Shown: piece after piece, positions 9,224-18,502 of the stretch
Numbering within the stretch: position 1 is the first letter of the stretch
How the letters are laid out: each line of letters begins with the position of its first letter
NCBI GenBank assembly: GCA_944392795.1
Contig: CALXXX010000006.1
Span: 18,485-82,484 of the forward strand
From: an uncultured Alphaproteobacteria bacterium
GTDB taxonomy: Bacteria > Pseudomonadota > Alphaproteobacteria > CAAHEQ01 > UBA3637
DNA: 64,000 nucleotides
Reading direction: 5' to 3'
The notes under the pieces: model-generated
What the model saw: the letters and a program-made list of their open reading frames with translations, nothing else
Database searches by the model: none
Told to the model about the DNA's origin: nothing
Made by a program: the position numbers and the translations under genes

Positions 9224-10060
9224 CTATGTATTTTGAAATTGTAATAAAAGATCGTCAGGAATTGAAAGATTTCCTTTCCCTATTCCTAATTGTACGTCTG
9301 GATGTGGAGCACCATGAAAATCAGAGCCTCCAGAAATTAAAAGATGAAGTGTATGAGCTATTTCTAAATATTGTTTTGTTTGTTCTATCGTATGATCAGA
9401 ATGATAGACCTCAATTCCCATTAATCCTTTTGATTGTAAATCTTTTATGAGCTCAAATAAATCATTTCCTTTGTAATTTATGTGACAAGGATGGGCTAAA
9501 ATTGGAAAAGCTCCATTTTCTCGAATAAAGGTAATAGTTTCTTCGACAGAAGGATCATTTTTTTTGACATAGATAGGACATCCATCTCCCATATATTTGT
9601 CAAAAGCTTCACGAAAAGAAGAGATAAATCCTTTTTTTAATAAAGCTTCAGCAAAATGAGGTTTGCCAATTAAACGGCGTTGTTGACCTTTCTCATCTAG
9701 AGCAACATCTTCCCAAGAAAGAGGAATTCCTATTTGATTAAATAATTCAAGCCTTTTATGGTTGGCTTCATTACGAATGGCTAATAATTCTTTTTCTCGT
9801 TGCTGAAAGGGGATTAAATTTGGAATAAATAAAGCTAGAATTTCAATATTAGCTGGATGGTTAACTCCGAGTTCAACTCCGGAGATAGCTTGTAAATTGG
9901 GATAAAATTGAGCTGCTCTTAAAAAATGTGGAATACCCGATACAACATCATGGTCTGTTAATGCAATTGCTTTTAAGTTTATTTCATGAGCTTTTTGAAT
10001 CAGCTGTTCCGGAGAAAAGGAACCATCAGACGCTGTTGAATGCGTATGTAAATCAATCAT
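9224..10060 (-). CDS. PHP-domain phosphoesterase (TrpH/YciV-like)
   Basis: N-terminal MIDLHTHSTASDGS ... ALTDHD. Confidence 0.8.
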   Translation of the reverse strand: MIDLHTHSTASDGSFSPEQLIQKAHEINLKAIALTDHDVVSGIPHFLRAAQFYPNLQAISGVELGVNHPANIEILALFIPNLIPFQQREKELLAIRNEANHKRLELFNQIGIPLSWEDVALDEKGQQRRLIGKPHFAEALLKKGFISSFREAFDKYMGDGCPIYVKKNDPSVEETITFIRENGAFPILAHPCHINYKGNDLFELIKDLQSKGLMGIEVYHSDHTIEQTKQYLEIAHTLHLLISGGSDFHGAPHPDVQLGIGKGNLSIPDDLLLQFQNT

Positions 10061-10887
10061 GAAGCTTCCTTTTGACTTAACTCTTCCAGCTTCAGATCAA
10101 GAAATGCTTGAGCGGTCCGCTGTAGATTCATTAAAAGAAGAGGATCATTTACATCTTTGCCTGCTTGGAAAAACACACGATCTAATAAGTTTCTTTTTTG
10201 CAAAAGTTGAAAAGAAACTAACCAATGTATCTCAAAAATCCAAGAAAGAGAACCGATCAAGAAATCTTCAAAACCTTTTGCAAAACGATAATCGGCTATT
10301 TCGTTATTTTTAAAATTTTGTAAAATCTCTTTAGAAATTTCTTTGGTCGGAGGATACTTGACTAAATTGATGTGGTTAACCATGCTCGGGTTATCAGCAT
10401 AAAGTTGCCAATTTGCAATTTTGTCAGCATCTTGTATTACTTCAAAAATTTGTCGACAATCTGTTTGTTGCTCAGCTGAGAGACGGCGAAATAATATATC
10501 TGTCTCCAGGTCTTGTGTCCTATGCCCATGGTGTTGGATAGCTAGTAGCATTGCCTCATCCGTTAATCCTTCTTCCCTTAATATATCCGCAGAATATTTA
10601 CCATGATCATGTTTCGAGGCAGGATTTTGAGCTAACAACGGAATTTCTCGAAAACGTCCAATATCATGCATTAAGGCGCCAAATAAAAGCCGTTCGGCCT
10701 GTTCATTTGAAAAAGGAACTTTACGCATAGATAAAAGCTCTTGTGCTACGGCTAGAACATCCATTGTATGTTTTACTTTTTCCTGAACAAAAGCTTCACA
10801 CCATGTATAATATTTAATTTGATTAGATGCTTCTTTTATCTTTTTATTTAAAAGGTCCAGAGCACTGGTTAAGTTTTCTTCAATCAT
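10057..10887 (-). CDS. HD-domain phosphohydrolase
   Basis: H..HDIGR motif (ALMHDIGRF). Its stop overlaps the PHP gene start (ATGA), so the two are likely an operon. Confidence 0.7.
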   Translation of the reverse strand: MIEENLTSALDLLNKKIKEASNQIKYYTWCEAFVQEKVKHTMDVLAVAQELLSMRKVPFSNEQAERLLFGALMHDIGRFREIPLLAQNPASKHDHGKYSADILREEGLTDEAMLLAIQHHGHRTQDLETDILFRRLSAEQQTDCRQIFEVIQDADKIANWQLYADNPSMVNHINLVKYPPTKEISKEILQNFKNNEIADYRFAKGFEDFLIGSLSWIFEIHWLVSFQLLQKRNLLDRVFFQAGKDVNDPLLLMNLQRTAQAFLDLKLEELSQKEAS

Positions 10888-11015
10888 GGTTTCTCCTTTT
10901 TGTGAGCTATCTTAATAAGTCGATAATTAAGCGTCAATTGTTTATTATAAACAAAAACATTGACATAAAATGTTGGAATCGTATATACTTAACTTTTCGG
11001 CAAAGGAGTTTAGAA

Positions 11016-11453
11016 ATGAAAATAGATGAAATCAACAGAAAAATTGCTTATGATGGAACCATTTTAGGTAAGGCTCGTAATCTGGCAGAAAAGTATTATG
11101 ATGAGAAAACTTTAAAACAGTTAGATGAGCTAGCCGATAGTGTCCAAGAAAATTTGGCTTTTAATCCACCAAAACTATTGTTGGATGAGTGGAAAGAAAA
11201 AGGTCTTAAAGCCGATGAAGAAAAAATGAAAATTCAAAATGAAATGGCTCAAACAGCTGCGGCCGTTTCTTATTTACATAATATTGATCTGTCCATTCAT
11301 GATTTAATGAAGATTTCTCCAAAGGTCGCACGGACGGTTAGACAATATCAGCAAAAACATTCTTCTCTTGAGGCGGATACTGTCCGCATTGAGGTCAATA
11401 AAAGACAACAATTACAGGCGGCATTGTTGCAACAAAAGGTTTTACAAAGATAA
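11016..11453 (+). CDS. Hypothetical coiled-coil protein (145 aa)
   Basis: The start ATG at 11016 has the RBS aaaggag. The longer listed ORF has no RBS. No recognizable motif. Confidence 0.5.
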   Translation: MKIDEINRKIAYDGTILGKARNLAEKYYDEKTLKQLDELADSVQENLAFNPPKLLLDEWKEKGLKADEEKMKIQNEMAQTAAAVSYLHNIDLSIHDLMKISPKVARTVRQYQQKHSSLEADTVRIEVNKRQQLQAALLQQKVLQR

Positions 11454-11454
11454 T

Positions 11455-11483
11455 AAAAAAGCTCTCGGAAGAGAGCTTTTTTT
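11455..11483. terminator. Bidirectional rho-independent terminator
   Basis: AAAAAA-GCTCTC-ggaa-GAGAGC-TTTTTTT. Confidence 0.7.
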
Positions 11484-11488
11484 ATAAT

Positions 11489-12853
11489 TTACATAAATAG
11501 TTGTTTTAAATAATCAGCTAATTTAGAAACTTCAATGCGCTCCTGTTTCATGGTGTCTCTATCACGTAAAGTCACAGTTGCTGGTTGTTGTTCAATTGAT
11601 TCAAAATCAACAGTAATGCAAACAGGCGTTCCGATTTCGTCATGACGGCGATATGCTTTACCGATATTTCCACTGTCTTCAAACATAATGCGTCCAATTC
11701 CTGTTTTTAATAAGTCTTGTTTGATCTGATGTGCGAGTTCAACAATTTGCGGATGATTCCGTTTTAATGGAATAACAGCCACTTTTACAGGGGCTAAGTG
11801 TTTTTTTAATTTTAAAACGGTTCGTGTTTCTCCATTCGGTAATGTTTCTTCAGTATAAGCCTCTGTTAAAACAGCTAACACACCGCGATCTACACCAGCA
11901 GATGGTTCAATAACAAAAGGAACAAACCATTTTTTTTCTTGGTCATCATAAACAGCTAATTTTGCTTCACTGTCTTTGTTTTCGTGAACATGAGAAGTTA
12001 AGTTAAGTTCATTCTGATAGCGTGTATGATTGCCTAAATCATAGTCTGTTCTATTGGCAATTCCCTCTAATTCTTCAATTCCATGAGGAAATTTAAACTC
12101 AATATCATATGTCGCTTTTGAATAGTGGGCTAAATCTTCTTTGGCAATTTTATGAATATGAATATTTTCAGGCTTTAAACCTTGTTCTTCCCACCACTTA
12201 ACGCGTGCTTCTTTCCATTTTTCATGCCACTCTTCATCTGTTCCTGGTTTAACAAAAAACTCTAACTCCATTTGTTCCATTTCCCGAACACGGAAAACGA
12301 AATTACGAGGGGTAATTTCATTACGGAAAGACTTTCCGATTTGAGCAATTCCAAAAGGAACTTTACGAGCGGTAGAATCAACGACATTTTTGAATTGTGT
12401 AAAAATAGCTTGAGCCGTTTCTGGACGTAAATAAGCGTAATTTGAACCATCATCAATTGGACCAACCGTTGTTTTAAACATCAAGTTAAATGGGCGAGGC
12501 TCTGTTAAATCTGTTGAGCCACAATTAGGGCATTTACCATCTTTAATATGATCAGCTCTCATTCTGGCTTTGCATTTTCTACAGTCACAAAGAGGATCTG
12601 TAAAAGTTGCTTCGTGACCACTGTATTGTAGGACTTTACGATGTGTTAAAATAGCAGCGTCTAAGCCTTCAACGTCATCTCGCTCATAAACCATAGAACG
12701 CCACCAGGCAGCCTTTAAATTGTTTTTTAATTCTACGCCTAATGGACCGTAATCATATATACCTTGTAAACCTCCATAAATATCTGCGTTTTGAAAAATA
12801 AATCCACGACGTTTACATAATGATACAAGTTGATCCATTGTTGTTGCAGGCAT
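11489..12853 (-). CDS. glyQS: Glycine--tRNA ligase, dimeric alpha2 (GlyQS/eukaryote-like) type
   Basis: N-terminus [41 protein letters not shown] and class II motifs are present. There is a Cys-rich insertion CDCRKCKAR...CPNCG. Confidence 0.9.
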   Translation of the reverse strand: MPATTMDQLVSLCKRRGFIFQNADIYGGLQGIYDYGPLGVELKNNLKAAWWRSMVYERDDVEGLDAAILTHRKVLQYSGHEATFTDPLCDCRKCKARMRADHIKDGKCPNCGSTDLTEPRPFNLMFKTTVGPIDDGSNYAYLRPETAQAIFTQFKNVVDSTARKVPFGIAQIGKSFRNEITPRNFVFRVREMEQMELEFFVKPGTDEEWHEKWKEARVKWWEEQGLKPENIHIHKIAKEDLAHYSKATYDIEFKFPHGIEELEGIANRTDYDLGNHTRYQNELNLTSHVHENKDSEAKLAVYDDQEKKWFVPFVIEPSAGVDRGVLAVLTEAYTEETLPNGETRTVLKLKKHLAPVKVAVIPLKRNHPQIVELAHQIKQDLLKTGIGRIMFEDSGNIGKAYRRHDEIGTPVCITVDFESIEQQPATVTLRDRDTMKQERIEVSKLADYLKQLFM

Positions 12854-13022
12854 TTTTAATCTCCATTTGTAAAAAAAACTAAATGCTGATTATACGCAAT
12901 CAAAAAAGAAAGTCAAGGTTTCTCATTGTTTTGTTTTATGACGTACTTATTAAGTTTTTTTAATTCAATTTATTGTTTTTTTTTAACAGTCGTTTGTTTC
13001 GAAAACTGGTTTAGTATAAAGT

Positions 13023-13052
13023 TTGACTTTTCCTAGAGTAATATGATATAAT
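13023..13052 (+). promoter_or_regulatory. Sigma70-like promoter (TTGACT, 18 nt spacer, TATAAT) for the 13101 gene
   Basis: -35 at 13023-13028 and -10 at 13047-13052. Two tandem 11-bp repeats (agtaatataat at 13065-13086) follow, before the RBS aagggag. Confidence 0.5.
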
Positions 13053-13100
13053 ACTAATGTAAATAGTAATATAATAGTAATATAAAAGACTAAGGGAGAA

Positions 13101-13826
13101 ATGACGATTATGGTAAAAGAAACAAATTTGGATGAAGAAAAGAAATATGTTGAAGGAGAAGATTTTTTTGCCACTCCAGCAGAACGGATGAAGGGTAATA
13201 TGGATATGCTTAAAAATGCCAGCAATTTTGCTGATTTATCACCTGAGCAAGCGGAACAGATGGCAGAAAAGATTAATGGATTAGTTCAATCGGTTCTTGA
13301 GGGAATGAGCATGCTTACTCCAGATCAATTAAAAGAAAACACAGAGATTTTAAAAGGATTAGTTGAAAAAGGCTATGTACAAGCAGGAGATGCGTTATCC
13401 AAGCTGAATGAAAAAACGAAAGGCAGTGTTGAAGCTTTTTTGGGTTCAAATCCAAAAGATGTAATGAATGTCGTGGAAGGAACAGTCAAAGCTGTTGACG
13501 GTTTGGATAAAAATAGTGATACTCAGGTATTGGATGGGATGATTCAAGCTGGCGTTGGTGCTTTGAATATTGCTGCTGAACAAACACCAGAAGGACGGGC
13601 TATCTCAATGGTCAATAATATGGTAAATATGAGTGGTGATTTAAAGGAAGACTTAAAAAAAGCATCTAACTTCGGGCAAGGCACTAATGAAGGTGTAGCA
13701 ACACCGTCTATCCCTTCTGAAAAAGAGGCACAAAAGACAGAACTTCAATCTTTCATGGATCAAAAATACTCTGTTCAAAATGTGCCTTCTCAACTAATAA
13801 AAGGACGTGGCGGGCGTAATGATTAA
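13101..13826 (+). CDS. Hypothetical protein (241 aa), no signal peptide
   Basis: Good RBS (aagggag). Acidic and helical, with no known motif. Confidence 0.55.
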   Translation: MTIMVKETNLDEEKKYVEGEDFFATPAERMKGNMDMLKNASNFADLSPEQAEQMAEKINGLVQSVLEGMSMLTPDQLKENTEILKGLVEKGYVQAGDALSKLNEKTKGSVEAFLGSNPKDVMNVVEGTVKAVDGLDKNSDTQVLDGMIQAGVGALNIAAEQTPEGRAISMVNNMVNMSGDLKEDLKKASNFGQGTNEGVATPSIPSEKEAQKTELQSFMDQKYSVQNVPSQLIKGRGGRND

Positions 13827-13835
13827 GAGGCAATC

Positions 13836-14633
13836 ATGAACTTGAAAAAAAGTTTAGAACACGGAGTTCTTTTAGGTGCGACATTGTTAGCAACCAATGT
13901 CGCAGAGATGCAAAAATCAGAAATGGATAGTCCTAAAAAAGTTCAGCAGGAACAGGTTCATCATTCTCAATTAAAACTAATACAGGAAAATATAGATTCG
14001 TCTTGTAAGGCATATTATCATAATGGTCAACTGAGAGCTGAATTTCCAGCTTGTCCAGATGGAGTTGTCCCTGATAACGTTTCCTATGATGTTTTTGATG
14101 AAAGTGGCAGAAAAATTCAAACTAGGACTCAGCTTAGGAAAGAAATATTCAAAAGTGAGACAATCCGAGTTGATGATTTGGCTTTCAAATTAGAGGAAGC
14201 GAAAAGGCTTCCAGAGGCAGAACGAGACGAATTTATTTTAAATTTGCTTCAGAATTACACTCCCAAAGAAACAACTCAATCTATCCATATACTGAACCAG
14301 TGGAGAGTGTCTTTATATGACAAAGATCAAAAGCCTGCTGGAAGCTATACTCTAGAAGATACCGATTTTATTTGCCGCGATAATGATGAAGGTTCTTCTG
14401 GCTGGAAAACAGGTTATTTACGTAGCTATTCTCTTCCTGATGCTAATGGTGAAATGAAAACTTATGAAGTTAAAGGAAATTTTGCGTTAAAACGGCATTT
14501 ATCTATTGCTCAATTAAAATTTATTGATACCAATTTAAAACAGAAAGGTAAACGGCTCGATGTCGATAAATTTGATAATGCTGATTCGTCCCAGCTTTCT
14601 ATATTAGCTCTTCGAAAAGGAAGAGATTTATAA
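13836..14633 (+). CDS. Hypothetical secreted protein (265 aa)
   Basis: N-terminal signal-like segment LEHGVLLGATLLATNVAEMQ. Four Cys. No known motif. Confidence 0.55.
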   Translation: MNLKKSLEHGVLLGATLLATNVAEMQKSEMDSPKKVQQEQVHHSQLKLIQENIDSSCKAYYHNGQLRAEFPACPDGVVPDNVSYDVFDESGRKIQTRTQLRKEIFKSETIRVDDLAFKLEEAKRLPEAERDEFILNLLQNYTPKETTQSIHILNQWRVSLYDKDQKPAGSYTLEDTDFICRDNDEGSSGWKTGYLRSYSLPDANGEMKTYEVKGNFALKRHLSIAQLKFIDTNLKQKGKRLDVDKFDNADSSQLSILALRKGRDL

Positions 14634-14662
14634 AAAAAAGCCGCTTTTGTAAGCGGCTTTTG
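14634..14662. terminator. Bidirectional rho-independent terminator
   Basis: AAAAAAAG-CCGCTT-ttgt-AAGCGG-CTTTTG, lying between the convergent 13836 gene and rpsD. Confidence 0.7.
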
Positions 14663-14679
14663 ATTCATTTGTAACTTTA

Positions 14680-15294
14680 TTATCTGGAGTAGAATTCGAC
14701 GACCAGATTTGGTTCCATTTGGCAAGCATATGGAATATCGGCCAAGTTTGGAACGCGAACAAAAGTACCGGACATATTTTTTTCATCAACTGTAATGTAA
14801 TCTGGAACAGAGCGTTCAGCAGAGGCCATGGCTTCGATTACCAGAGCCATTTCTTTTGCTTTTCCATTAACTTCAATGACATCTCCTTCTTTTACAAGAT
14901 AAGAAGGAATATTGACTTTTTTACCGTTGACTAAAATATGACCATGATTTACGAACTGACGTGCAGCGAAAACAGTCGGAACAAACTTCATCCGATATAC
15001 AACTGCATCCAAGCGGCTTTCCAAAATACCCACTAAGTTTTCGGAAGTATCACCTTTACGACGAATAGCTTCAGCATAATACTTACGTAATTGTTTTTCA
15101 GAAACATTGCCGTAATAACCTTTTAAGCGTTGTTTAGCACGCAACTGTGTGCCATAGTCGGTTGGTTTGCCATGATGTTGACCATGTTGACCGGGACCAT
15201 ATTCACGTTTGTTAAAAGGAGATTTTGCACGACCCCACAAGGATGTTCCTAAGCGGCGTTCAATTTTATACTTTGCATTAATGCGTTTTGACAT
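14680..15294 (-). CDS. rpsD: 30S ribosomal protein S4
   Basis: [38 protein letters not shown]. The gene is monocistronic. Confidence 0.95.
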   Translation of the reverse strand: MSKRINAKYKIERRLGTSLWGRAKSPFNKREYGPGQHGQHHGKPTDYGTQLRAKQRLKGYYGNVSEKQLRKYYAEAIRRKGDTSENLVGILESRLDAVVYRMKFVPTVFAARQFVNHGHILVNGKKVNIPSYLVKEGDVIEVNGKAKEMALVIEAMASAERSVPDYITVDEKNMSGTFVRVPNLADIPYACQMEPNLVVEFYSR

Positions 15295-15550
15295 GTTGTT
15301 TTTCCTTTATTGTCAATAATTTCCCCAATAGTTCCTGCCAGCGAAGCTGCGGACCGAATGAACAGGAAACCAACACCTGCATTCACTTTCTTGAGATTTG
15401 AGGAATGCATTTTATTAAAAAAAAAGCGACATGTCAAGATATATTTATTCTCGTTTGTCTGTTGTTGCTGTTGGGATGAGTGGCATTGATAAAAATTGAT
15501 TTGTTTTAAAAATATGCTATATTTTTTTTTATAAATTAAAAGGAAAGAAA

Positions 15551-16432
15551 ATGCAGCATTTTTCACTTCATACACATACGATTGGTTTTGATGGGCAAAA
15601 TACGGTCGAGGAAATGGTTAAGCAAGCCAAAAAATTACGTTGGTCAAGAATTGGGATTGCCAATCATTTTATTGTTCATCCTGACATAAAAAAGGCAACT
15701 TTTTATGCCTATGCCTGTAAAGGAAATTACCAAAATATTTATTCTGAAAACTTTGAAGAGGCTCTATTTAAATTTTTTCCTTTATTTCAAGAAATAAAGA
15801 GAATTGAACAAATCACTCAGTTTCCTATTTATAAAGGAATGGAGGTCGATTTTTTCGATACAACTCAGTGGAAGGGTGATTTTTATCGTATTATCAATCT
15901 TTTGAAACCAGACTATTTAATTGGTTCTGTGCATTTTGTCGATTATAAAGGTCATTTGTTAAATACACATGATATGAAGAAAGCATCTTTTATGGAACAA
16001 AAAGAGATTTTGAAAATATATTGGAAAAATGTGCGTTCGGCTATTAAATTTAAAGCCTTTGATTTTATGGCGCATTTAGATTTGCCGGCAAAAGTTGGAT
16101 TAGGGTATGGGAAAGAGTGGGAGAAAGAAGAAGAGGAAACAATAGCTCTGTTGGCTGCATGTGGAGGTAAAGCTGAAGTAAATACAAGTGCTTTGAGACA
16201 AAAAGATGAAGCTTATCCATCTAATCGAATTTTGAAATTACTTGCTAAGTATGAGATTCCTGTTGTGCTTTCAGATGATGCTCACAGCGTTTCGCAAATG
16301 GGGCAGTATTTTGAAAAAGGAACGGAATTGATGAAAAATGCAGGGATTAAACGTTCTATTTATCCAATTATGATTGCAGACCATATAAGGCAGCGAATTT
16401 ATATGGATTGGCATTTTATGCGAGTGAGATGA
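15551..16432 (+). CDS. PHP-domain phosphoesterase (histidinol-phosphatase-like family)
   Basis: N-terminal HTHT motif (MQHFSLHTHTIGFDG), later conserved His/Asp residues, and a C-terminal LSDDAHS. Confidence 0.6.
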   Translation: MQHFSLHTHTIGFDGQNTVEEMVKQAKKLRWSRIGIANHFIVHPDIKKATFYAYACKGNYQNIYSENFEEALFKFFPLFQEIKRIEQITQFPIYKGMEVDFFDTTQWKGDFYRIINLLKPDYLIGSVHFVDYKGHLLNTHDMKKASFMEQKEILKIYWKNVRSAIKFKAFDFMAHLDLPAKVGLGYGKEWEKEEEETIALLAACGGKAEVNTSALRQKDEAYPSNRILKLLAKYEIPVVLSDDAHSVSQMGQYFEKGTELMKNAGIKRSIYPIMIADHIRQRIYMDWHFMRVR

Positions 16433-16453
16433 ATTCAATTTTATAAAAAAGAT

Positions 16454-16482
16454 TTGCATTTAAGGAGAAAGAGTGATATAAG
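16454..16482 (+). promoter_or_regulatory. Sigma70-like promoter for tRNA-Pro
   Basis: TTGCAT (16454-59), a 17-nt spacer, then TATAAG (16477-82). The tRNA 5' end lies 12 nt downstream. Confidence 0.5.
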
Positions 16483-16494
16483 CTTTTTCATTGT

Positions 16495-16571
16495 CGGGGC
16501 GTAGCTCAGCCTGGTAGAGTACTTGTATGGGGTGCAAGGGGTCGTGGGTTCAAGTCCCGCCGCCCCGACCA
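16495..16571 (+). tRNA. tRNA-Pro (anticodon GGG)
   Basis: Manual cloverleaf: acceptor stem CGGGGCG/CGCCCCG with C1:G72 (typical of tRNA-Pro); D-arm GCTC..GAGT; anticodon stem CTTGT/GCAAG; loop ATGGGGT (U33, G34G35G36, G37); T-arm GTGGG-TTCAAGT-CCCGC; discriminator A; encoded CCA. Confidence 0.9.
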
Positions 16572-16574
16572 TTT

Positions 16575-16606
16575 AAGCCCTTGTTTTTCTAGGGCTTATT
16601 TTTTTT
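16575..16606 (+). terminator. Rho-independent terminator after tRNA-Pro
   Basis: AAGCCCT-tgtttttct-AGGGCTT followed by ATTTTTTTT. Confidence 0.8.
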
Positions 16607-16757
16607 GAAATCTAGCGTTATTTTTTGTCATTGATTTTAAAAGTTTTTTGAATTTCTAAAAATTTTTATCTGTTAAAAACAGAAAATGCAATATTCCTTC
16701 TTTATTAAAAATTCTTGAAAATTATTTTTTTGATGATATCCTTTGTAAGGAGGGAAA

Positions 16758-17840
16758 ATGCAACTCATAAAATCAAAAGTGCTTCGTAAAGGAGATACAA
16801 TAGCAGCAATTACATTGTCATTCGGAGCTGCTGGGTTGTTTCCTCATCGTTTTGAGCAGGGTGTTCGCCAGATTAAAGAGAGTTTTGGGATAAGTGTTGT
16901 TCCGACTTCACATGCATTGGATATGCCCGAAGAGGTTTATGCGCATCCAGAATATCGCTTAGCTGATTTAATGGAAGCTTTTGAGAATCCTGAGATTAAA
17001 GGCGTTTTGTGTAATATAGGAGGAGATGATACCATTCGTTTGCTGCAGTTGATGAACGAAAAACACTTTGATATTATTCGACAACATCCAAAAGTGTTTT
17101 TAGGATTTTCTGATACGACAGTTAATCATTTCATGTGTTTTGAAGCAGGCCTTTGTTCTTTTTATTCTCCCTCTCTTTTATTCGGATATGCTGAAAACGG
17201 AGGGATTCCGAATATAATGGTTGAAAATGCAAAAAAAACTTTATTTTCATCAGAACCTGTTGGCATTTTACCGGAAAGTGAAGCTTTTATTGTGGATACG
17301 ATTGATTGGTCAGATCAAACGGCGCCCATTCGTCCTCGTATTCCCTCAACACCTTGGCGGTATATTCAAGGAGAAAAAGTCGTTCAAGGTCATTTATTGG
17401 GAGGGTGTTTTGATGTATTAATGGGGTGTATTAATGGGACATCGTTATGGCCTTCTAAAGATGTTTGGGATGGAGCTATTTTGTTTCTGGAAATCAGCGA
17501 AGAAAGACCATCACCTTCATGGATAAAGTATTGGCTCAGATGTTTAGGTGCTCAGGGAATTTTAGAAAAGTTGAACGGGCTTTTGTTCGCAAGACCAGGG
17601 AATGGTTTTTTTAAGGATCAGGAAGATAGAGAGAATTGGTTAGCTCATTATACGGATTATGATACGGCTATTTTGACAGTTTTAAAAGAGTATGGTCGTT
17701 CAGATATGCCAGTTGTTACTCATATGGATTTTGGGCATACATTGCCACAACTTATTTTACCTTATGGGGTGCAGGCTCAAATCAATCCTGAGAAAAAACA
17801 AGTCGCATTATTAGAGAACGGTGTTGTAGATGATAATTAA
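16758..17840 (+). CDS. S66-family serine peptidase (LD-carboxypeptidase / microcin C7 immunity MccF-like)
   Basis: Nucleophile motif GFSDTTVNH within LD-carboxypeptidase-like N- and C-lobes. The protein is 360 aa. Confidence 0.7.
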   Translation: MQLIKSKVLRKGDTIAAITLSFGAAGLFPHRFEQGVRQIKESFGISVVPTSHALDMPEEVYAHPEYRLADLMEAFENPEIKGVLCNIGGDDTIRLLQLMNEKHFDIIRQHPKVFLGFSDTTVNHFMCFEAGLCSFYSPSLLFGYAENGGIPNIMVENAKKTLFSSEPVGILPESEAFIVDTIDWSDQTAPIRPRIPSTPWRYIQGEKVVQGHLLGGCFDVLMGCINGTSLWPSKDVWDGAILFLEISEERPSPSWIKYWLRCLGAQGILEKLNGLLFARPGNGFFKDQEDRENWLAHYTDYDTAILTVLKEYGRSDMPVVTHMDFGHTLPQLILPYGVQAQINPEKKQVALLENGVVDDN

Positions 17841-17865
17841 CAAGTTCTTTTGAAGAGGAAATAAA

Positions 17866-18399
17866 ATGTTGAAATTGTTTTTAGCTGAAGAGATTAATCT
17901 GCAAAAAATAAAAAAAGGATTACAAGAAATCAAGGATCATCCGTCTCCTTATGATATTTATCAAGTCAGGAAAGCAATTACTTTTATGGAAAAGGATTTT
18001 AAGGATTATTTAATTTATTTAAAAGAATGTTGTTCAGATAATCAACCAGAGGGTAGAGTTCCATCGACGGTTTTATTTTTATTCAATGATGATGTATTTG
18101 TCGGCGTTTATAATGTGCGGCATGAGTTGAATGAGGAGTTAAGGAAAAGCGGAGGGCATATTGCTTATGAAATTGTGCCATCTTATCGTCAAAAAGGTTA
18201 TGTGAAAGAAGGGCTTAAATTGATTTTGAAATGGTGTTCTGAGCAACTTAATTTACAAGAAGTTCTTCTTTCTTGCATTGCAGAGAATAAACCTTCGTAT
18301 CGGGCGATGATATCTGTTATGAAAGAAAAAGGGGGTTATGAAGATACACCGATAAAAATTGATAATCATTTAGAGTATAGGGTATGGATTAAAACTTAA
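17866..18399 (+). CDS. GNAT-family N-acetyltransferase
   Basis: GNAT core VGVYNVRHE...IAYEIVPSYRQKGYVKEGLKLIL. It lies immediately downstream of the S66 peptidase. Confidence 0.6.
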   Translation: MLKLFLAEEINLQKIKKGLQEIKDHPSPYDIYQVRKAITFMEKDFKDYLIYLKECCSDNQPEGRVPSTVLFLFNDDVFVGVYNVRHELNEELRKSGGHIAYEIVPSYRQKGYVKEGLKLILKWCSEQLNLQEVLLSCIAENKPSYRAMISVMKEKGGYEDTPIKIDNHLEYRVWIKT

Positions 18400-18502
18400 A
18401 ATGTGAAGTCAATTTCTTGGAATAAATGATGGAAAATAATTTAAAAATCTTGACAAAAATATCATTTTAGCATAATATCATTTTCGTTTAAAAGAGTGGA
18501 AA

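Noticed and set aside
10827-11015. The long N-terminal extension of ORF 10827-11453 (MLLLSFYLKGPEHW...).
   Set aside because: It overlaps the divergent HD gene and promoter region and has no RBS. A strong RBS and ATG at 11016 give a more plausible 145-aa product.
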